DNA from: Octopus sinensis
Taxonomy: Eukaryota
DNA: 64,000 nt
Assembly (NCBI RefSeq): GCF_006345805.1
Contig: NC_043001.1
Coordinates: forward strand, 36,084,001 to 36,148,000
Reading direction: 5' to 3'
Numbering within the stretch: the first letter of the stretch is position 1; each line of letters starts with the position of its first letter. Of the stretch, positions 1-13,246 are shown in pieces. The notes beneath the pieces were generated by a model. The model saw only the letters and a list, made by a program, of their open reading frames with translations, had not been told where the DNA came from and did not search any database. The position numbers and the translations under genes were made by a program.

Positions 1-162
1 GAACAATGATGTACATATTCATTCTCAATACGTTCCGGCAAATTCGAAAATGAATTTGCTAATTGCTGGTGCATTTCGCTATCATCGGTTGACAGTTATC
101 AGCACACATTAGCAAATAATTTGTTTGATGAATTTTTAAACAAGAATCACAAACTCTTGTTA

Positions 163-248
163 GATTCATTTGTCCGGATTAGCTTAGGCTGAGGAAACAG
201 TAACGTCGAAACACAAGGTCTTCCAATGTCTCCTTACTCTAATGAATC
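163..248 (+). ncRNA. Degenerate type I hammerhead-ribozyme-like motif
   Basis: CTGAGGA (189-195), short stem II, GAAA (208-211), C-ACAAG-G, GTC triplet (218-220). Distal inverted repeat GATTCATT (163-170)/AATGAATC (241-248). Proximal stem I pairs poorly. Confidence 0.3.
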
Positions 249-574
249 GAATATGTTATGAACAGACCTTCGTCTGAAAGAAATTGTTCTCCAAAGGCAA
301 AACACAACAGCGATATGCACATTCGTATGCGAATACGTCGGAACGTTTAAAGAAAGAAAATGTATGTCATCGGACGATTATATATTTCACCACTATAATA
401 AGGGAAAGCAAACTTGCTTTTAGTCGAAATTTCTCTGTGAGAAATTAACTACAATGGACTTACATCTGATCAAACTGTGAAGGCACTAAAAAAAGAAAAC
501 AATATACACCTTCTCTAGACTGCTGGTTTCAGTAAACGTTAATAATAATATCAATGATTCTTCCGAATTTTTGC

Positions 575-690
575 ACAAGGCCAGTAAATATGAGGGAAGG
601 TTTTTACTCGTTTACATCGACACCAATACTTGACTGGTACTTTATTTTATCGATCCCGAACGGATGAAAAGCAAATCAGAGCGGTTTTGG
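575..690 (-). mobile_element. Decayed SINE family A fragment
   Basis: actggtactttattttatcgatcccgaacggatgaaaagcaaa matches the reverse complement of the family A central domain. Confidence 0.55.
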
Positions 691-1648
691 AAGAGTGTGT
701 AAGTTGAATTTGCTGCATAAAGGGGACGAATTTATAAGTATAGAGTGAGTGTAAGGATTTCATGTGGTGATCTTACCGTTTTGTTTGTCATATTAATGAT
801 GAGAATTATACAGTTGTGGTGATGATAATGACGACAGCAAATAAAAATTTTTAAATTGATATTTATTTCTTATCATTGCTGATTTATTTTATCACTGATG
901 ACAAATTCATCGCGAACTGAATACGGGATCCGATTTTGGGGGTTTTCGATTCTCAATTGGAACTGATTCACTTCGTTTATTTCTTGCTGCACTTCGGAAA
1001 CAGCACATAAATCCAAGATCTTAAGCCTATGTTAAAAACCAAATATCATATCGCAGCTTAGTTTATTGCTGCTGCTGCTACTATTGCTACTACTACTACT
1101 ACTGCTGCTACTACTACTATCAACTCCACCCCTGCTTCTGCTTCTGCTGCTGCTGTCGTGTTGTTGTTTATAGAATTATTGTTGCCGTTGCTAGTGCTGA
1201 GGCTGCTATCGTTGTTTTTGTGGTTTTAGTCGTTATTATTATTTTTCCTCTCGTTAATTTTGCATCAACCCACATTTTATATTTTTAGTTTTCCTATATT
1301 TTTCTCTGGGATTATATGTTTCTTTCATGCTGCGTTAATGGAATAACAAATTCCATTCTCTTCATTTCATTTCTATCTATATATTTTTTTTTTTTTTTTG
1401 CTTTTCTCCCGGATATCTGTTATTTTCTACATCGTTTTTCTTATTCTTGTTCTTCCGCTCATTCAGCCTTTTTCTTTCATTATATATCAGTCTATTTCTT
1501 TGTATTTCTCAAAAGTATTTTATTTTTCTCATCTTTACCTCTGTTATCCTTATCCTTCTATTAAGATTTTATCAGTTCTTTCCTATTTCAGTCTTCAACT
1601 TTATTCTCTTTTCTACCCATGCATATGCAAACATATAAGATCCTGTAC

Positions 1649-1649
<1 letters not shown>

Positions 1650-1724
<75 letters not shown>
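1650..1724. repeat. (CT)n microsatellite
   Basis: Perfect CT run. Confidence 0.95.
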
Positions 1725-1729
<5 letters not shown>

Positions 1730-4039
1730 CCTCCATCTATCTATCTATCTATCTTTCTTTCTGTTTCTTGCGCTTTCTGCTTCTCTTTCCTGTTTAGTCT
1801 TATTTTATTTTCTCTTTGTCTTTAAACCTCTCTCTCTGTCTCTTTATGCCACTTGGTCCCTTTACCTTTCACAACTCCCTAGTTTTTGTATTTTATCTTA
1901 TTCTTCTTACCACATGTTTTTTTTTTATATATTTTTATCTCTAGTTCTCCTTTTTCCAACCTATATGACCTTCCAATAGACCTCTCTATAACACTTTATC
2001 ATCACTTTAGAAAACATTCTAAATGTCATTATTTTCCTATAACATATTTCGTCGACCAATTTTTACTCTTTTCGTATAAACATATATGCAGATACACAGA
2101 TACATATTTACATACAGGCAGTTCAAATTAAATCAGATACAATGGAACACTGTTTTATATGAGTATATTTGCATGCATAAACTAATCCAGTTATTCTTTC
2201 TCATATATATTATCGCTTTTTGTTTTGTGTTTTTACACTCAGAGTCATCTTTATGACAGGATCACATTTTCCTCTGCCTGTCTCTCTTTCTCACACACAC
2301 GTACACACACACAAACACATACATATTATTAACAAATATCTGGACACACACACTACTTCCGAAGATTTAAGTATTGCCTTATTCCAATCATCCATATTTT
2401 TCACGAACAGAGGGATGCCATTTAACCACTCGTATTTGACTTTTAATGCATCTATGAGAGATATGTCCTGTTAATGTAATTTTCCTTCTTTTAGACTGAC
2501 AAACAAATAGAATATACCAAGAGAAAGGACAGGATAGGAAAAGAGAGATACATACAAAAATGTAATAATAAATATAAATGCATCTGCAAAACAGTCGAAA
2601 AAAAAAAAATGAGCAGAAATATTTTTCCCTATTCAGCTTTTTAAAGTATAATACACTTAAGCACCATGGGTATAAGACAGACTATCTTTCTTTCACCGTG
2701 CATTGTCCGACGTCTCATAGAAAGTTCTAAATTCGAGGTCGATGGAATATTTCACCTCTACCAAAGAAGTTTTCAAATAGGTATAATCTAAAACCGATGT
2801 TCAATTATATATGTGCTCCTTCAAAACGAAAACCCTTACCTATGCTATAAGAAAGAGAGTCAGTACTTTTTTTTTTTTGTTAGACCTGTTTAGAACAGAA
2901 TTCTTCATGCATATTCCTTCATTCGAAGCAAACTCGCATACAATTTGGAAACAATATTATCGAGTATGAAATAAGCATTTGTAACAATGTCCACAAATTT
3001 GAAAAAGTCATATACAGTAGAGTGGCTGCAGTAGAATGGTGTCGTTCGGGTTAGGAGAAGTTAGTGCTATGAAAATAATGACTTAAGAGAGAATCGACTG
3101 TTCATGACATTTTTTTGGTTTGTTTCTTATTTTTTCTTTGTTATTGTTTTCTTTTCCGTTTCTTTGTTTTTAGCTTGTTTCTATTTTTTCATCGTTTAAT
3201 CAGGTGAGTCTGTAAACCTTTTACAATTCCTCCGAGGCAAGAGGGAAGGACTTCGCTAGGGGCACCCTTGAACGAAGGAGGTCTTGGTATTTAACCGGAC
3301 GCCGGACTAAGTCCACCATTCAAGAAAACCCCGCGAAAAACAAAACAAAAAAAACAAGTTATCGCGTCTAACGATCTAACGTTTCGTCAACCCACCGGCC
3401 CAAGACGAATTTTATTTAGCATTCCAAACTCGCGAAGACATCGGCAAAAACTGAACTCATGAACGCAAGGTACAGGAATAAATTACTCCAGTCTTTTTCT
3501 CCACCGCTCTAACGACTCTTGCTTACATGCCACCAATAAATATGTTTGGCAACAAGAGTATTTCCTCCACATTCCCGCGGTGAAATTATAGTAATTCCTA
3601 AAATATATTCAAGACAATGTTATTAAGAAGAAGAACAAAAAAAAAGAGAACATAAAAGCAAATATTAGTTAATTATTGACTACGATAATGAAGAAACAAG
3701 TCCAAATGGATTCTACTCCCACATTATCGCTGCCCCACTCTTCCCTTAGATCTATCTATCGATTTCCTTTTCAATTTTATTCCCGTTTACCCTCCCTGCC
3801 TCTTTTCTCTTCTCTTTAATTTATTCCATTTTCCTTTTTCTAATTTTTCTTTTAAAAGAATTGAACTAAATTGCAATCTAATGGGAATTAATTAGATATT
3901 AATGATTCACTCGGGAAATGTTCATGCACTTATTTTCTTTAAACAGTAATTTTATTTCTACTCTTTTATCCATGCAGTCACCGCTAATAAATCGAGTTAG
4001 TTGCTTGGCCTTCCGATTATCCATCTGCAGTTGTTTCCA

Positions 4040-4140
4040 ATTATATGGTTCCGGGTTCAATCCTATTGCATGACACCATGATCATTTGATAGCTGGAATC
4101 TGAAAAAAAAAGCCTGTCACATACACATGTGTGTGTGTGT

Positions 4141-4176
<36 letters not shown>

Positions 4177-4350
4177 ACTACCTTTTGACGACCGGTGTTG
4201 GTTTGTTTACATTCTTGTCACATAGCGGTTCGGCAAAAGAGATGATAGAATAAGTATTAGGCTTTATAAATTTATTAGGGTCCAAAACCCTTTAAGGCTG
4301 TGTTCCAGCATGGCCGCAACAATGACAGAAACAGGTAAAAGATAAAAGAT
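4040..4350 (+). mobile_element. Decayed SINE family B with internal (TG)n
   Basis: atggttccgggttcaatcc head, (TG)n, gcggttcggcaaaagag, ccagcatggcc and an aaaaga tail. Confidence 0.75.
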
Positions 4351-4359
4351 GCGTATATG

Positions 4360-4530
4360 TGTATTTAGGGAAATGGTCGAAAATATCTACTACTCATTTT
4401 TAGACTGGTAGTTTATTTTACCACCCTGAAAGGATGGAAGTTATTTTATCCACCCTGAAAGGATGGAAGCAAAGTCAGTCCCAGTAGAAGGCTGTAATTA
4501 AAAACTACAAGACATTTTGTCCAACGCTTT
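4360..4530 (-). mobile_element. Decayed SINE family A with a ~28-bp internal tandem duplication
   Basis: ttatttta(c/tc)caccctgaaaggatggaag occurs twice in tandem inside the family A central domain. Confidence 0.6.
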
Positions 4531-4536
4531 TACTAT

Positions 4537-4768
4537 TCTTATTTCTTTATTGCCCACAAGGGGCTAAACATAGAGGGGACAAACAAGGACAGACAAAGGG
4601 ATGAAGTCGATTATATCGACCCTAGTGCGTAACTGGTACTTATTTAATCGACCCCGAAAGGATGAAAGGCTAAGTCGACCTCGGTGGAATTTGAACTCAG
4701 AACGTAACGGCAGACAAAATATCGCTGGGCATTTCGCCCGGCGTGCTAACGTTTCTGCCAGCTCGCCG
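4537..4768 (-). mobile_element. Full-length tRNA-derived SINE family A, Tx1-like-tail subfamily
   Basis: Reverse complement reads ggcgagctggcagaaacgttagc...gttcaaattcc (A/B-box-like), then the central gtcgac...tttcatcctttcggggtcgat, then a tail ending ttgtgggcaataaagaaat. Confidence 0.9.
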
Positions 4769-5387
4769 TCTTACTATTCTGTCAATCCCTTACCTTTTAG
4801 CCAGTGTATATAACCTTATAATATGGTAGTTTTGCTCCTGAGATGCGTTTTTAACATATGCTGCCTTGCGTTTCTTCAGTAATATTAACAATTCTTTTAT
4901 TAAGCATTACATTCTTACAACACTGCTAAAGCAATGTAACATTCGTGTCAAGATGTTATCGAAGTGAAATATTCAGTTATGTATACACTCTGTTATTGCG
5001 TCTTATCGCACCATTAGTTAAGTAAATGGTCTTAAATCTACATTATGCAAGACGGAGAGGAATATTTCAACCTGTGAATATGGAAATAATGGAATAAGTT
5101 TATAGCCTAAAGACAGTAACTCGTATCGTGTTAAGGCAAAACAGTGGGATTATGCACCATGTAACGCACTGCAAGACTGCACAAGGAAAAAATATTTCAC
5201 TATAAGGCGTTACACGAAAACGCTTCCATATTTGAACGCTATATTTCTCTAAAAGTTCTCACAGCAACTTAAGGATAAGTCCCTTCTCTGAATTACATAT
5301 ATATATATTTTTTATTCACAACAAACATGATCGAACTTACTGATATGTTTTTTCCGCACTAGAAGTATCCTGCTATTCCTCTACATT

Positions 5388-5525
5388 ACGTGGTCTAGTG
5401 GTTAGGATGTTACATTCACGATCAAGAAATCATGGTTTCGATTCTTTGACTGGACGTGCGCTCTGTTCTTGAGCAAAACACTTCATTTAACGTTGCGCTA
5501 GTCCACTCAGATGTAAATGGTAACT
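5388..5525 (+). mobile_element. Decayed SINE family C head
   Basis: tggtctagtggttagg (A box), gtttcgattc (B box), then CORE-like ttcttgagcaaaacactt. Confidence 0.65.
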
Positions 5526-5819
5526 TTGTTTACAAGAGTGAAATGGGGACTCCGGAAAATTACTTGAACGGAGGTCTCGCAAGCTACGTTTCGAATTCGT
5601 CGATCGAAACGATGAATTGTACATCTTGTACAGTGGATCCCGAGTGATGGAGTTTAGTTGTTCAACTACGTTGAAGGATAACTAAAACATTATGTTTCGT
5701 CTTCTTTAATTTTGCTGTTGTAGTATGAAATCTCGTTTTTCTAAATTCTCTCTAATTTTGGCACAAGGGCAGCGATTCTGAGGGATGGGGATAAACTGAT
5801 TATATCGATCCAAGTGTTA

Positions 5820-6010
5820 TTTGTGGTGGTGAATTTCCGTTGTTCGATGATGAGCATTCAGTTGTTTGGTCAACTGAATTATCTGCTCTTGAATTAATGT
5901 GTCAGTAGTTGAGTATTCTACAATCACGTATAATCTTTAAAATCCCAAGCAGAATAAGCGTGATACATTGTGTGACAAGGCTGTGACTTGAGAATTACAG
6001 GTACAATGAA
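5820..6010 (-). mobile_element. Decayed SINE family C 3' part
   Basis: Similar to the reverse complement of 18400-18560 (gtgacaaggc; gttg..ttggtcaac). Confidence 0.5.
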
Positions 6011-6029
6011 CTCGACGGACTTTTATAGC

Positions 6030-6182
6030 TCCAGCCTATCCAGTTTCACTCACGAGGTATGGGTAAAACCGAGGCAACGGAAAATGACATTTTCCCCAAG
6101 GTGCTACACAGAGGGTTCGAACTTAGGACCTTGTGGTCACGAAGTATCTCTCTGAACCATATGGCCATGCTGTGCCTATATA
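6030..6182 (-). mobile_element. Decayed SINE family B head
   Basis: Reverse complement contains gttcgaaccct...gcaccttggggaaatgtc. Confidence 0.55.
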
Positions 6183-9100
6183 GCAATACGTCCATGCCGT
6201 ACAGTAAAAATAGATGGGAAGCCGCATCACAAGAGGTGCTTGTGCATCCAATCGTTTCCTAAAAATGTCCAAACCGCAGTTTCCAGAAGCTTGTGCTATA
6301 TTCATTCTGACAACCGACAAATATACACCCACATTTACGTGTGTAATGGAGAGAGAAAGAGAGAGACGGAGAAAGGAAGAGGTAAACGGATGTACAAAAC
6401 GTAGATACAGAAAGATATACAGAAAGAGAAATTATAAGTTCATAATTTCAAATGTATATTGTCTTTATGAATTGGTTATGTATTACTTATGCCGTCTACA
6501 AAAACCTCCATCAGTATTAAACTAGATGCCTTCAGGATCCTGCATCTGAAATTTATATTAAAGTCAGCAGGAAGGAACTTTTAGCCACTTAAAAGTCACA
6601 CATTTTAAAACGGATACGATTCGGAGTTATTTCGTACGCTACCATATCTGACACATTTCGTCTTAATTGACATTAATCCGGCATTCCTTAATTAATTCCA
6701 GGACTACACACTATATAATCTCAGGGCAGTAACTGAAGTCATTAGCGCCAATAAATATACCACCACTTCACAGAATGTCACAGATACTTGCCCCGATTCC
6801 CTCTTGCATCATTCAAATGTCCCAGCGCCAAACTAATAAACACGTTAGAACGTTTTGTTTCAAATAAAATAAACACCAATAAAACATACATTTCTGTTTT
6901 GCTCACTCACCCAGAGAGCACACACACACACACACAAACACGCACACAGACACACACACACAAACACACACACAAACACACACGCACGAACACACACACA
7001 TCTATATTGTCATAGATACATATTAGATAATCATATTGCTGTAACCGTAGGCTGTCTTTATAAACTTATTAATTCTGTTTAAATTAGATTGATTCCAGAA
7101 GGGTGAAATAAAATAGAAACAGAAGCCAAACTCGCAAAACAAACGGAGGCATTTTTTCCACAATTACGTAGCTTAATGTTTCTTTAATTAGGTTCCGCTG
7201 TCACATTGAATACACCAAATAATAGGTGATACGAGAAATGACTGTTTGAACCAGGAAACATGTGTGATTCTTGACTGAGCAGTATTAACCAAGGTCATAA
7301 ATAATGGGTTATATTTTTAGAGCTTTTAAAGAAATATTTATAAAAATTTATAAAAGCATGTAATTTACAGAAGTGTTTTTATTTATCAATTCTTTTTTTG
7401 TACATGATTTGTATTTGGTTTCTATTGTAACAAAAAAAAAGTATTCAACCGAGCTTAGGTAAAACTACATGAGAGAATAAAATAGATGGTAAATACATAC
7501 ATGATATAATCAGGAATGCAAGTTTAATTTCATAAAAGGAAGCAGAAAATGTTCGAAAAGAAATGGAATGTACAAGAAAGTAAACGAAATTGAAAACCAT
7601 GCTGGTAATTTACAAAATATATTCAGAAATCGCCTGTAATTTGGTTGAAATCTAGTTTCTAATTTGATATGGTATTCAATTGAATTCTAAACTTTCTGTG
7701 ACAAAACATGATCGTCTACTCGGTATTCTAACTGTGATCATTCGTGTCTCCTTTTCTGTCATATTATATGCCGAAACGAGTTATCTGGAGAATATATCAC
7801 GATAAGGTGGGAAGGGTGTATGTAAACATGGCTGCCTAAGTGGTTCAGAAGCAGGCATATAAATCACAAGGTCCTAGTTTCATTCCCACGATCAAGATAA
7901 TTTTTCCTGTGGTCATTCGTATCCTTTTGGGAATAAAGTATCTCAAAAGACATCCAAAGATGACTTTCTAAGAATAGTATTAACGAAGTATTTCATTATT
8001 TTCTGTTTGCCTTAATATTGATCAGGAACTCAGTCTCAGCAAGAATGAAAGAACTCAAGACTGATCGAAAATTGATGAGAAGTTGTTTTTTTTTTCTTTT
8101 TTTTCTTCCAGTTCTGCAATAAAACACCAATGGAAAATTTATTATTCGATGAGTAATAGTACATTCTGTGAAAAATATTTCCCATGCTTTGTGTAACTAT
8201 TTCAGTCAACTCTAATACTAAGATGAAAATTGCTCTTCTACGAAAACAATGATTCGGAGTGAAAACCCGTTTAAAGTAAATCACGCAATTTTAAAAGTTG
8301 GCATTTTGAAAGAAATACTTCCAGTTCAGTTGATGTGTGTGTGGTGTTGTTTCATTAGATATAAGGACATACTTGTGTAGAAGAATGATGTGCTAAGACG
8401 TAAATTTGTATATGTTTGTTTATGTACCTGTACACATGTGTCGATGTTAGTTGCAAAGAATAGATGAAAGTATTTCTCTCTACGATTGTTTGAAAGGAAC
8501 TTAGTTTCTGTTCAAAGCATTCTGGGGCGGCAACGGTGCACTTATTGTTTTATATACTTTCACTTTTTTCCAACTTAATGGTGGTTGGTGATAGCGATCG
8601 TCATGGTGGTTGTGGAGAGGATGAAGGAGGAGTGGGTGAACTGGTTGTTGGTAACAAATACTTTTGTTACAATTTGTTGGCTTCTTGTTGCCCGTTTAAC
8701 TAAAATGATTGCTGTTGCATGTAATGAAATATAAAAAAGTGTGAGGAAAATATTAGTAGTGGTGGTGGTGTGTTTGAAGGAAATAGTGGTGGTGGTGGTG
8801 TGGACAAACAAGAACGAATAAAGGAAACCACAATCTCTCAAGAGAAGAATATAGCAGATTTTGACAACTTCCATTCCTTCCATTAAATTGCCTTTCTTTT
8901 TTTCTCGTTTCTCAAAATGTGTGAAAAGTCAACGAGTAATATCTTAAACATCTCATCAACTATAAATTTCAAGTTTGATTTTTGTCTAGTACGAAACAAT
9001 TTCAGGTAGTCTCCCTTCATTCGAAAATATAAGGAACAGAACACAGACGTTCGTTAAAAGATGATAATAGATTCGATCTTGAATGATAAAGGGTTAACAT

Positions 9101-9289
9101 GGAAATGAAAATTTGATAGACTATGAATGAGTAAGGCGGTGAGCTGTCAGAATGATTAACGCATCAGACAAAATTGTTGAACTGTCTAACTAAATAATGG
9201 TATTTAGAAATTATTTAGTACGTACGTATCAGGTCTGCGTTATATATAATAATAAATGCATCTAGTACGCAAGACCTTCCTCAGTTAAA

Positions 9290-9448
9290 ACGTCTCAGTA
9301 ACTTAGCAGCTCGGATACAGAGGCCGATAGAATAAGTACTGGGCTTAAAAAATAAGTACTGCGGTCGATTTATTCGACTGGATCCTTCAAGGTGGTACCC
9401 CAGCATGGCCGAAGTTCAATGAATGAAAATAAGTAAAAAGTAAAAGAT
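9290..9448 (+). mobile_element. SINE family B 3' part
   Basis: gtaacttagc...gatagaataagtact...ggtcgatt...ccagcatggcc...gtaaaag. Confidence 0.7.
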
Positions 9449-9566
9449 GTACCTGTATATATGCAAGTTTGTATAGATATCTATGCGTGCGTTTGTGATT
9501 TCATACTATGTACGCATGCGAGAACACAACAAATAGTGTATATCCACACAGGTGTATGCATATATA

Positions 9567-9623
<57 letters not shown>

Positions 9624-9881
9624 CATATATACATACACACACACACACACACACACATATTCACACCTCGTGAATAACGGACAGAGTCAACAACAATTGA
9701 AAAGGTTGCAAGACGCAACGAAAATTTTGGAAAAACAAAGAAGGAAATGAGTGGAAATTCTTACCGGTGAGTGTGTTAAATTAGAAAGCACTAAAAGAGA
9801 ATGACTCTCCCCAGACACAACAGAATATGCTTCAACACATGAACACACATAAAGAATCTTGCAAACCAAATCCAAAAACGA

Positions 9882-9923
<42 letters not shown>

Positions 9924-10544
9924 AGCTCTACGATTCTTCTGTCTACACCCGAGTTATATGTTGTGACTGTGCGCATGTGTGTGTGCGTGAGTGTGTTGTT
10001 ATATTCAAGGAAGTCATTACTTTCCAAAATATGTCATTTACATAAAATTCTTTTGTTTGCTGATACGAATGTTTATACATAAGAGAGAAGTCTAGAAAGA
10101 TATATCGGAAGAATTTCAGATAAAAGTATAATAATTATTAGCACGAACACACACTGAAAATGACTTCATTGAATCCTGACGATTAATTAAGTACCATTCA
10201 CACGCATCTGTTTACGTCTGGACAGACGAGCCAGCGAGGCAACCTCTATGTAATCAGTCGATATGCTAGAAATACCAGTCGACTCTCTCTAAAATCTCTC
10301 TTAAATCATTTGCACCTGGTAACAGTAGCTTTGAAGAAAGTGTGTTCGAAGCTAAAACGCCTTTCAAAATGAGTTTGCGGAAACAGATCTAGCATGGAGA
10401 TCCACTCAGATTTGAGTACGTATGCTCGACCTACAAAAATAGGAACCAACTCCCTCAATTGCTAGTTTTAATAACGCCTTTTGATCTTAGGTTTTCTACT
10501 TCGGGGCCAACAAGCAAGACCAAAGCATCATACAAAAATATATG

Positions 10545-10895
10545 TAATCCTTTCTACTGAAGGCACAATGCCAGAAATTTTAGGGGAACGGACTAGTCGA
10601 GTACATTGACCCAGTGTTTCACGGATACGTAATTTATCGACCCCCTCCCTGCAAGGATGAAAGGCAAAGTCGACCTCAGCGTAATTTGAGCTCAGAGCTA
10701 AAGACGGGCGAAATACTTCGTGGCATTTTACCTGGCGAGCAAACGATTCTGCCAGCTCGCCGCCTATACAAATATATATAAACCTTTTGCTATAGGCAAA
10801 AAGCCTGAAATTTTGCGGGAGGGAGCTAGTCGATAACATCGAGCCCAGTGCTTAACAAAGTCGACATCGACGGAATTTGAACTCAGAACGTAACG
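10545..10895 (-). mobile_element. Two head-to-tail SINE family A copies (10545-10766 full; 10783-10895 internally deleted)
   Basis: gattctgccagctcgccgcc head, ggatgaaaggcaaagtcgacc domain, cctgaaattt tail. Confidence 0.8.
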
Positions 10896-11518
10896 ATATA
10901 TACATATATGAGGACACATGCATGATTTATACAATGTAGATACACTAACGAATGTATACATAAAATATGTAGCTTCATTGCCGGCAAGAAAGGAAACTAC
11001 AACTGGGATTTGATTCTCTCTAGATGGTAACACGCTTGGCTCCAGTCGCCACTTCATTAAGGAATTGGGCGTGCTAACAACGTTTACATTGTTATAATGT
11101 CAATACAGATTTGTCGATATACATGTGAAAGGTCTAGTTTGTAAAAGGATAATTGTGACTTATATTACAGCCTCCTCATTGTCCACCAAGCATACCGCTG
11201 ATATTTTCCAACTTTGGTTTACTTATGTCGCCAATTCAATGTATAACTAATACATTTTTGCACAGACACGCACGTAAACTTTAACTCCTGAATGTGTATA
11301 AATATATATACATAAGCACACGCACAGTGAGGGGCTTTTTGTTGGTATATGTGCGTGTATGTGTGTGTGAGTGAGTGTGTGAGCGAGAGAGAGAGAGAGA
11401 GAAGTGTTCATGTATACATTCATCCATCGTACTGACATTTACAAAACAGACATCCACAAATTATACGTTATACACACACATACAAACACGTACATATACA
11501 CACACGCACATATGTGTG

Positions 11519-11619
<101 letters not shown>

Positions 11620-11704
11620 ATAAATCTTTGTTCAAGAAAAAGTCTGATAGTGAGTTCGTAGTCTTGCCTGCATCAGCCTGATGAAGGCGAGCAAATCGAA
11701 ACTT

Positions 11705-11878
11705 CCAACTTACATTGACCTCAGTACTGCTCAACTGGTATTTTTTTTTACATTGACTCCGAAAGGATGACAGGCAATGACGACCCCGGTGGAATTTGAA
11801 CTCAGTACGTAAAGACGAACGAAATGCAACTAGGCATTTTGCCCGGCGTGCTAACGATTCTGCCAGAACGCCACCCTC
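11705..11878 (-). mobile_element. SINE family A
   Basis: ggaatttgaactcag...gcccggcgtgctaacgattctgccag. Confidence 0.8.
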
Positions 11879-11963
11879 TAAGTGGCACGAATTGACAATC
11901 CATGTCGATTCATGCATGGATTGATGTCGCCGTAAGCTAGCAGTTCGGCAAAAAGTTCAATAA

Positions 11964-11964
<1 letters not shown>

Positions 11965-12020
<56 letters not shown>
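11965..12020. repeat. (AAT)n microsatellite, left flank of the Dong-like LINE
   Basis: Perfect AAT run. Confidence 0.95.
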
Positions 12021-12021
<1 letters not shown>

Positions 12022-12346
12022 GAAATGGAGAAACTCTCAAAATACAAAGACCTGGAAATAGAGGTAACTAGAATGTGGAATCTGAAAACAGAAACAATTC
12101 CTATCATAGTAGGTGCATTAGGCATGATAAAAAAATATTCAGACAAATACATAACAAAAACACCAAAACTTACAAACACATATAACATACAGAAAATTGC
12201 ACTACTAGGCACTGCACACATCCTACGCAGAACACTTTCCATACAATAACCATCAGAGCATCACAACAAATCACAGCACATACCCAAGGCACACAGAGCT
12301 GCGCTCGGTAGTGAAGTGAAAGCACGCTATAAAAATAAAACTACTG
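12021..12346 (+). mobile_element. 5'-truncated R4/Dong-clade non-LTR retrotransposon (RLE-domain C-terminus plus 3' UTR)
   Basis: ORF 12025-12249 EKLSKYKDLEIEVTRMW...IPIIVGALG...IQKIALLGTAHILRRTL matches the C-terminal pattern of restriction-like-endonuclease LINEs. Flanked by (AAT)n on both sides. Confidence 0.85.
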
Positions 12347-13179
12347 AATAATAATAATAAATACATAAAAATAAGTACAGAGCTGGATTTGAACGACTAA
12401 TACCATTAAAACGGTACCCCAGTATACAGAAATTTATTGACTCAAACCGTTGAAAGAGTAGACGAGCAACATATAAGCTGCTCTTTCCAAGTTGATTTTA
12501 GCTTGTTAAGCCAATATTTGGATATATATTTACAGGTTAAACTAAAGAAATTATCCTCTGTTTCCGAGAGTTTGTCCCAATTTTGTCCCATTTTCTCGTG
12601 TCTAGTCTCCCAATGTTTGCATTATATTATATGAAGTAAAGTAAACCATTCACAATAGTCTTGTTATTCGAAACTAATGCTGGTAACGACATAAATAATA
12701 AATAGAACAAAAATGTCTACATTATCCATCCTAATCCGATTACATTTATTTTCCTTTTATCGATAAATCGATTTATCAGATATTCTCGGAAGTAACTCCA
12801 TAACTGGAAGAATGGTAGGTAATTACTAACAACGAACAGGATTGACAGTAATTATCAGTAAATCTATACAGAATACTTTATATGTCTAAATAACGATCGT
12901 ATGTATCTGTTTATTAATATATCAATGCATTTATCGTATATATATATATACACCTGATACAACACACACACGTATTCGTCGTGGCGCCGGCATCCTGCTG
13001 CACATCAGTCAAATTAACTATATAGAGATACATGCTTTAAGAAGGATGGGCTCATTGAATATGTACACTTGATTAGGATCACAGCTGTTTTAACGAACAC
13101 GGATAAATGAAACATTCTTGTTATTCAGTATTTCTTAAACCACCATCGTTCATTTCGAGTAACAAGTTTGTTGTTAATG

Positions 13180-13246
<67 letters not shown>

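Noticed and set aside
3360-3420. Minus-strand GTC...GACGAAACGTT resembling the hammerhead 3' half
   Set aside because: No CUGANGA core upstream.
3110-3475. Possible exon after a polypyrimidine tract (cag at 3201-03, caag|gtacag at 3469)
   Set aside because: All three frames hit stops early, and the AG/GT could be either a donor or an acceptor; unsupported.
9280-9295. Other CTGANGA hits (9285 minus, 10196, 13365, 14504, 30258, 45613 minus, 45662)
   Set aside because: No properly spaced stem II plus GAAA; expected by chance.
11678-11706. CTGATGA...GAAAC as a stand-alone ribozyme
   Set aside because: Stems I and II do not pair convincingly; mentioned only as a possible relative of 13586.
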